A stretch of 64,000 nucleotides of DNA, taken from assembly GCA_963697165.1 (NCBI GenBank), contig CAVOMX010000011.1, positions 64,001 to 128,000 of the forward strand, read 5' to 3'. The stretch's first letter is position 1, and each line of letters starts with the position of its first letter. The position numbers were made by a program, and so were the translations under genes. The stretch comes from Candidatus Bathyarchaeota archaeon (GTDB lineage: Archaea > Thermoproteota > Bathyarchaeia > Bathyarchaeales > Bathyarchaeaceae). Positions 61,123 to 64,000 of the stretch are shown here, piece after piece. The notes beneath the pieces are model-generated. The model had not been told where the DNA came from and searched no databases. It was given only the letters and a program-made list of their open reading frames with translations.

Positions 61123-64000
61123 CTACACGACTGCAACGTACACTTTCTTTTTGTCCAGCTTGTTTTCGTGCCACTCGACTTTAATTTTTGCCCGCTCCCT
61201 TTGAACATTAACCTTTTTGGCGCGAACAAGCCCCTCCATCTCGACAATGTATGGTTTTAGCAGCTCTATGTCATTCTGGTCTAGTTCCGCAATGTGGACT
61301 GCTTCAACAATGTCCGTGGGCGAGAATCCCAACTCTTTTCTGAGTGCTTGAACCCGACGGGCTAGGTCACGCATGAGTCCTTCTCCCTCAAGAGAGTCGT
61401 CACGAATTCTGTCAAGCAGAACCTGTGTTTCACCCTCAGAAGCCATTGCCCATATCTCAGAGTCAACTTCAGGAAGCTCATCCGCATACTCAACCGCCTT
61501 TATGTTCCCCAGTTCAAGAAATAGCGCTTCCAGTTTCTGGATTGCTTCCTGAACCTTTTTAGGTGCAGCAACCACTGCTTTCGCTAAAGGCCATCGCCGT
61601 TTCAGTTGAGCATCCTGCCTTGCAGAATAAATGATAGGAAGAGTTTGTAGTAATATTTCGAATTCTTCTTCTAGGGCACCGTCTTTTAGGTCTGTGTCTG
61701 GTTTGGGCCAGCTTTCCAGATTCACTGTTTCGGGTAGAGAATCATCCAGTTCCTTGTAGACTGTCTGGTACAATGCTTCGCTCAGGAATGGCGTTGCGGG
61801 GTTAGAGATGAGAACCAACGTTTTCAGGACATGCCATAGGGTCGAGTAGACTGCCAGTCTGCGGTTCAGCGTTTCTGGGTCGTCGCTCCATAGGTCTTTT
61901 CTGATCATTGGGACATACTCGCGGCTCAAAATGTTGACGACAAAGTCTTCTAGTTTAGATAACGCAAAATTGAATTCACATTCTTCTGCTCTTTTCGTGA
62001 ATTCCCTTACGAGACCCTGCAGTTTTGATAGTAGCCATCTATCTGGGGCGTTTAGGACATTCTCTTTTTTGGACCATTGAAGTGTGTGCGTTTTTGGGTT
62101 GAAGTTGTCATATTTTGCGTTTTGCATGAAAAAGTTGTGAAGGTGATAAAGTGTGCTTAGAACTTGGTATGGGCGCCCCTTCAGTTCTTGGGTGTCAAAG
62201 TTCATTGAGTCGATTGGTGAGCATTTCCACAGAAAGTAGAAACGACTGATGTCTGCTGAGCGTTCCTGTAGCAGCTTGTTGATTTCCAGCACGTTTCCAA
62301 GGCTCTTGCTCATCTTTCTGCCTTTAGCATCCAAAACAAAGCCCTGAAACAGAAACTCCTCGTAGGGCGCTTCAGCTTTGCCTGTTAATATGACATGTTC
62401 GATGAGAAGCGAGTTTCCCCAACCTCGCGTCTGATCCACAGCTTCAGTCAAGAAGTTGGTTGGAACTAGCTTGCAGAATTCTTCTTCTGTGAATCTTGCG
62501 TAGGGTGAGGCGCCACTGTTGTGCCAGACATCCAAAACAAAATGTTCTCTAATCATTCTGCCGCCGCATTCGTCACATTTCAGTATCACGCGGTCTATCC
62601 ATGGTTTGTGGAGTTCAAAGTCTTTGCCGGGCAGCTCCAAGGCTTTATCGATCAGCTCTTTTTTGCTTGCCACCAACGTTTTGGCTCCGCATTTTTCGCA
62701 GACCCAGATGGGCAATGGTGAGCCCCAGACTCTGTCTCTTGAAATGCACCATGGTTTTCCTTCTTTCAGGAAGGCAAGGAACCTGTTCTTTGGGCTTTCA
62801 TAGAAGTATTTTACCTTCTGTGCAGCTTCCATAACCTTGTCGTTTATTTTGTCTGACCAGATGAAGTATTCTCTACGAGCCATCCACACTAGCTTGTGGT
62901 GGGACCTCCAGCATGTAGGATACTCATGCTTTATGGTCTTTATTTTAAGCAGTAGTCCCCTGTTTTTGAGTTCCTCTACAACCATGCTGTCTGTTTTTCT
63001 GACAAAGAATCCCGCAAACTTGCCTGCTTCTTCTGTGAAAATTGCCTGTTCATCGAAGGGGGCGAACATGGGTAGCTTGCGTTTCTGGGATGCTAAAAAG
63101 TCGTCTTCGCCGTTTGCTGGCGCAAGATGCACTATGCCTGTGGCTGTGGTAACATCAACGAAATCCTCCGCTACTACCGTGTGTATAAGGGGGGTTTCGT
63201 CAAGTTCTGCCTGTTTGGGAATCATGTCCTTGAAGGGGTAATCGTATTTTGTGCCCACCAAGTCTTTGCCCTTAATGACCTTGAGAACTTCAAATTTTTC
63301 TATTTCCAGTTCTTTCATGATGGGTTCGACGCGTGCTCTTGCCAGAATCCACACTTCATTGCCCACTTTGACTCTTGCATATTCCTCTTTAGGGTTAACG
63401 CCTATGATCATATCCGTAACTAGGGTGAATGGCATTGTGGTCCAGATAACAAAGTACTCGTTTTCTGTTCTGTCTACTCGGAACTTGAAGTGCATAGAGG
63501 GGTCTTCAACCTCTTTGTATCCTAGTCCCACTTCGGCGTTGCTAAGGGAAGTCTGGCAGTGGGGACAGTATGCAACAACGTAGTATCCTTCTCCGAGGAG
63601 GTTCTGTTCCCATGCACGTTTTAGATATTGCCACTCCCGCTCAATATACCTGTCCTGATGGGTGTAGTATGCTTTGTCATGGTCTATGAAAAGGCCCAGC
63701 ATAGTGTCAGCCTCAACCCATTCGCGGTGATACTTCATGATGCTCTTTTTGCATTCCTCAACGAAGAGTTCTTCACCTACCCGCCTTATCAGTTCCTTCT
63801 TGTTTTTTGCTCCAAGAGTCTTCTCTACCGCCAGTTCTACGGGTAAGCCTTGGCTGTCCCAGCCAGCCCAGAATGAAACATAAAAATTCTGCATTGTTTT
63901 CAGGCGATAATGGAAGTCTTTTATGACTCTGCCTCGGGCATGACCAACATGCGGGATGCCATTTAATGTTGGGGGACCCTCAACGTAACCTAACAGTTTC
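61123..64000 (-). CDS. ileS: Isoleucine--tRNA ligase (5' end outside the window)
   Basis: EGPPTLNGIPHVGH, GWDSQGLP, WTTMPFT, WCISRDR.WG, DQTRGW, KMSKS. Confidence 0.95.
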   Translation of the reverse strand, partial: KLLGYVEGPPTLNGIPHVGHARGRVIKDFHYRLKTMQNFYVSFWAGWDSQGLPVELAVEKTLGAKNKKELIRRVGEELFVEECKKSIMKYHREWVEADTMLGLFIDHDKAYYTHQDRYIEREWQYLKRAWEQNLLGEGYYVVAYCPHCQTSLSNAEVGLGYKEVEDPSMHFKFRVDRTENEYFVIWTTMPFTLVTDMIIGVNPKEEYARVKVGNEVWILARARVEPIMKELEIEKFEVLKVIKGKDLVGTKYDYPFKDMIPKQAELDETPLIHTVVAEDFVDVTTATGIVHLAPANGEDDFLASQKRKLPMFAPFDEQAIFTEEAGKFAGFFVRKTDSMVVEELKNRGLLLKIKTIKHEYPTCWRSHHKLVWMARREYFIWSDKINDKVMEAAQKVKYFYESPKNRFLAFLKEGKPWCISRDRVWGSPLPIWVCEKCGAKTLVASKKELIDKALELPGKDFELHKPWIDRVILKCDECGGRMIREHFVLDVWHNSGASPYARFTEEEFCKLVPTNFLTEAVDQTRGWGNSLLIEHVILTGKAEAPYEEFLFQGFVLDAKGRKMSKSLGNVLEINKLLQERSADISRFYFLWKCSPIDSMNFDTQELKGRPYQVLSTLYHLHNFFMQNAKYDNFNPKTHTLQWSKKENVLNAPDRWLLSKLQGLVREFTKRAEECEFNFALSKLEDFVVNILSREYVPMIRKDLWSDDPETLNRRLAVYSTLWHVLKTLVLISNPATPFLSEALYQTVYKELDDSLPETVNLESWPKPDTDLKDGALEEEFEILLQTLPIIYSARQDAQLKRRWPLAKAVVAAPKKVQEAIQKLEALFLELGNIKAVEYADELPEVDSEIWAMASEGETQVLLDRIRDDSLEGEGLMRDLARRVQALRKELGFSPTDIVEAVHIAELDQNDIELLKPYIVEMEGLVRAKKVNVQRERAKIKVEWHENKLDKKKVYVAVV

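Noticed and set aside
987..63846. Numerous short ORF-track entries overlapping or antisense to the called genes
   Set aside because: Shadow ORFs with no motifs or independent translation signals.

Overview
Archaeal chromosomal segment, most consistent with Bathyarchaeia. This is inferred from gene content: TBP, dph5, CTP-dependent RibK, stand-alone MtrH plus corrinoid protein, PQQ-repeat surface proteins and CimA. From left to right the window holds: a double beta-propeller surface protein; a surface-glycosylation region with two GT4 enzymes and three paralogous STT3/GT-C-like membrane proteins, interleaved with mtrH, a corrinoid protein and cobS; a radical SAM/SPASM gene; an orphan TIR gene; a corrinoid uptake/salvage cluster (btuD, btuC, btuF, DUF71 and a second signal-less BtuF); glmS; trm5; an ABC exporter; an intron-containing tRNA-Lys(CTT); a repeat-bounded small-ORF/TBP segment; dph5-DUF357-ribL and ribK; a 16-blade PQQ-repeat gene; queT; branched-chain amino acid genes; a cysteine synthase; a site-2 protease; and a 5'-truncated ileS. 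The strongest leads are: (1) an SD-sequestering pseudoknot-like 5' leader on queT, a candidate archaeal preQ0/preQ1 riboswitch; (2) in-place replacement of the native ilvC by an inverted Bacteroidota/fungal-type ilvC; (3) a B12-type DUF71 enzyme paired with a cytoplasmic Cys-rich BtuF; (4) AglB-like paralogs lacking WWDYG; (5) cassettes bounded by diverged direct repeats. Many single-base frameshifts look like assembly indel errors. All family calls come from motif recognition by eye; no searches were run.
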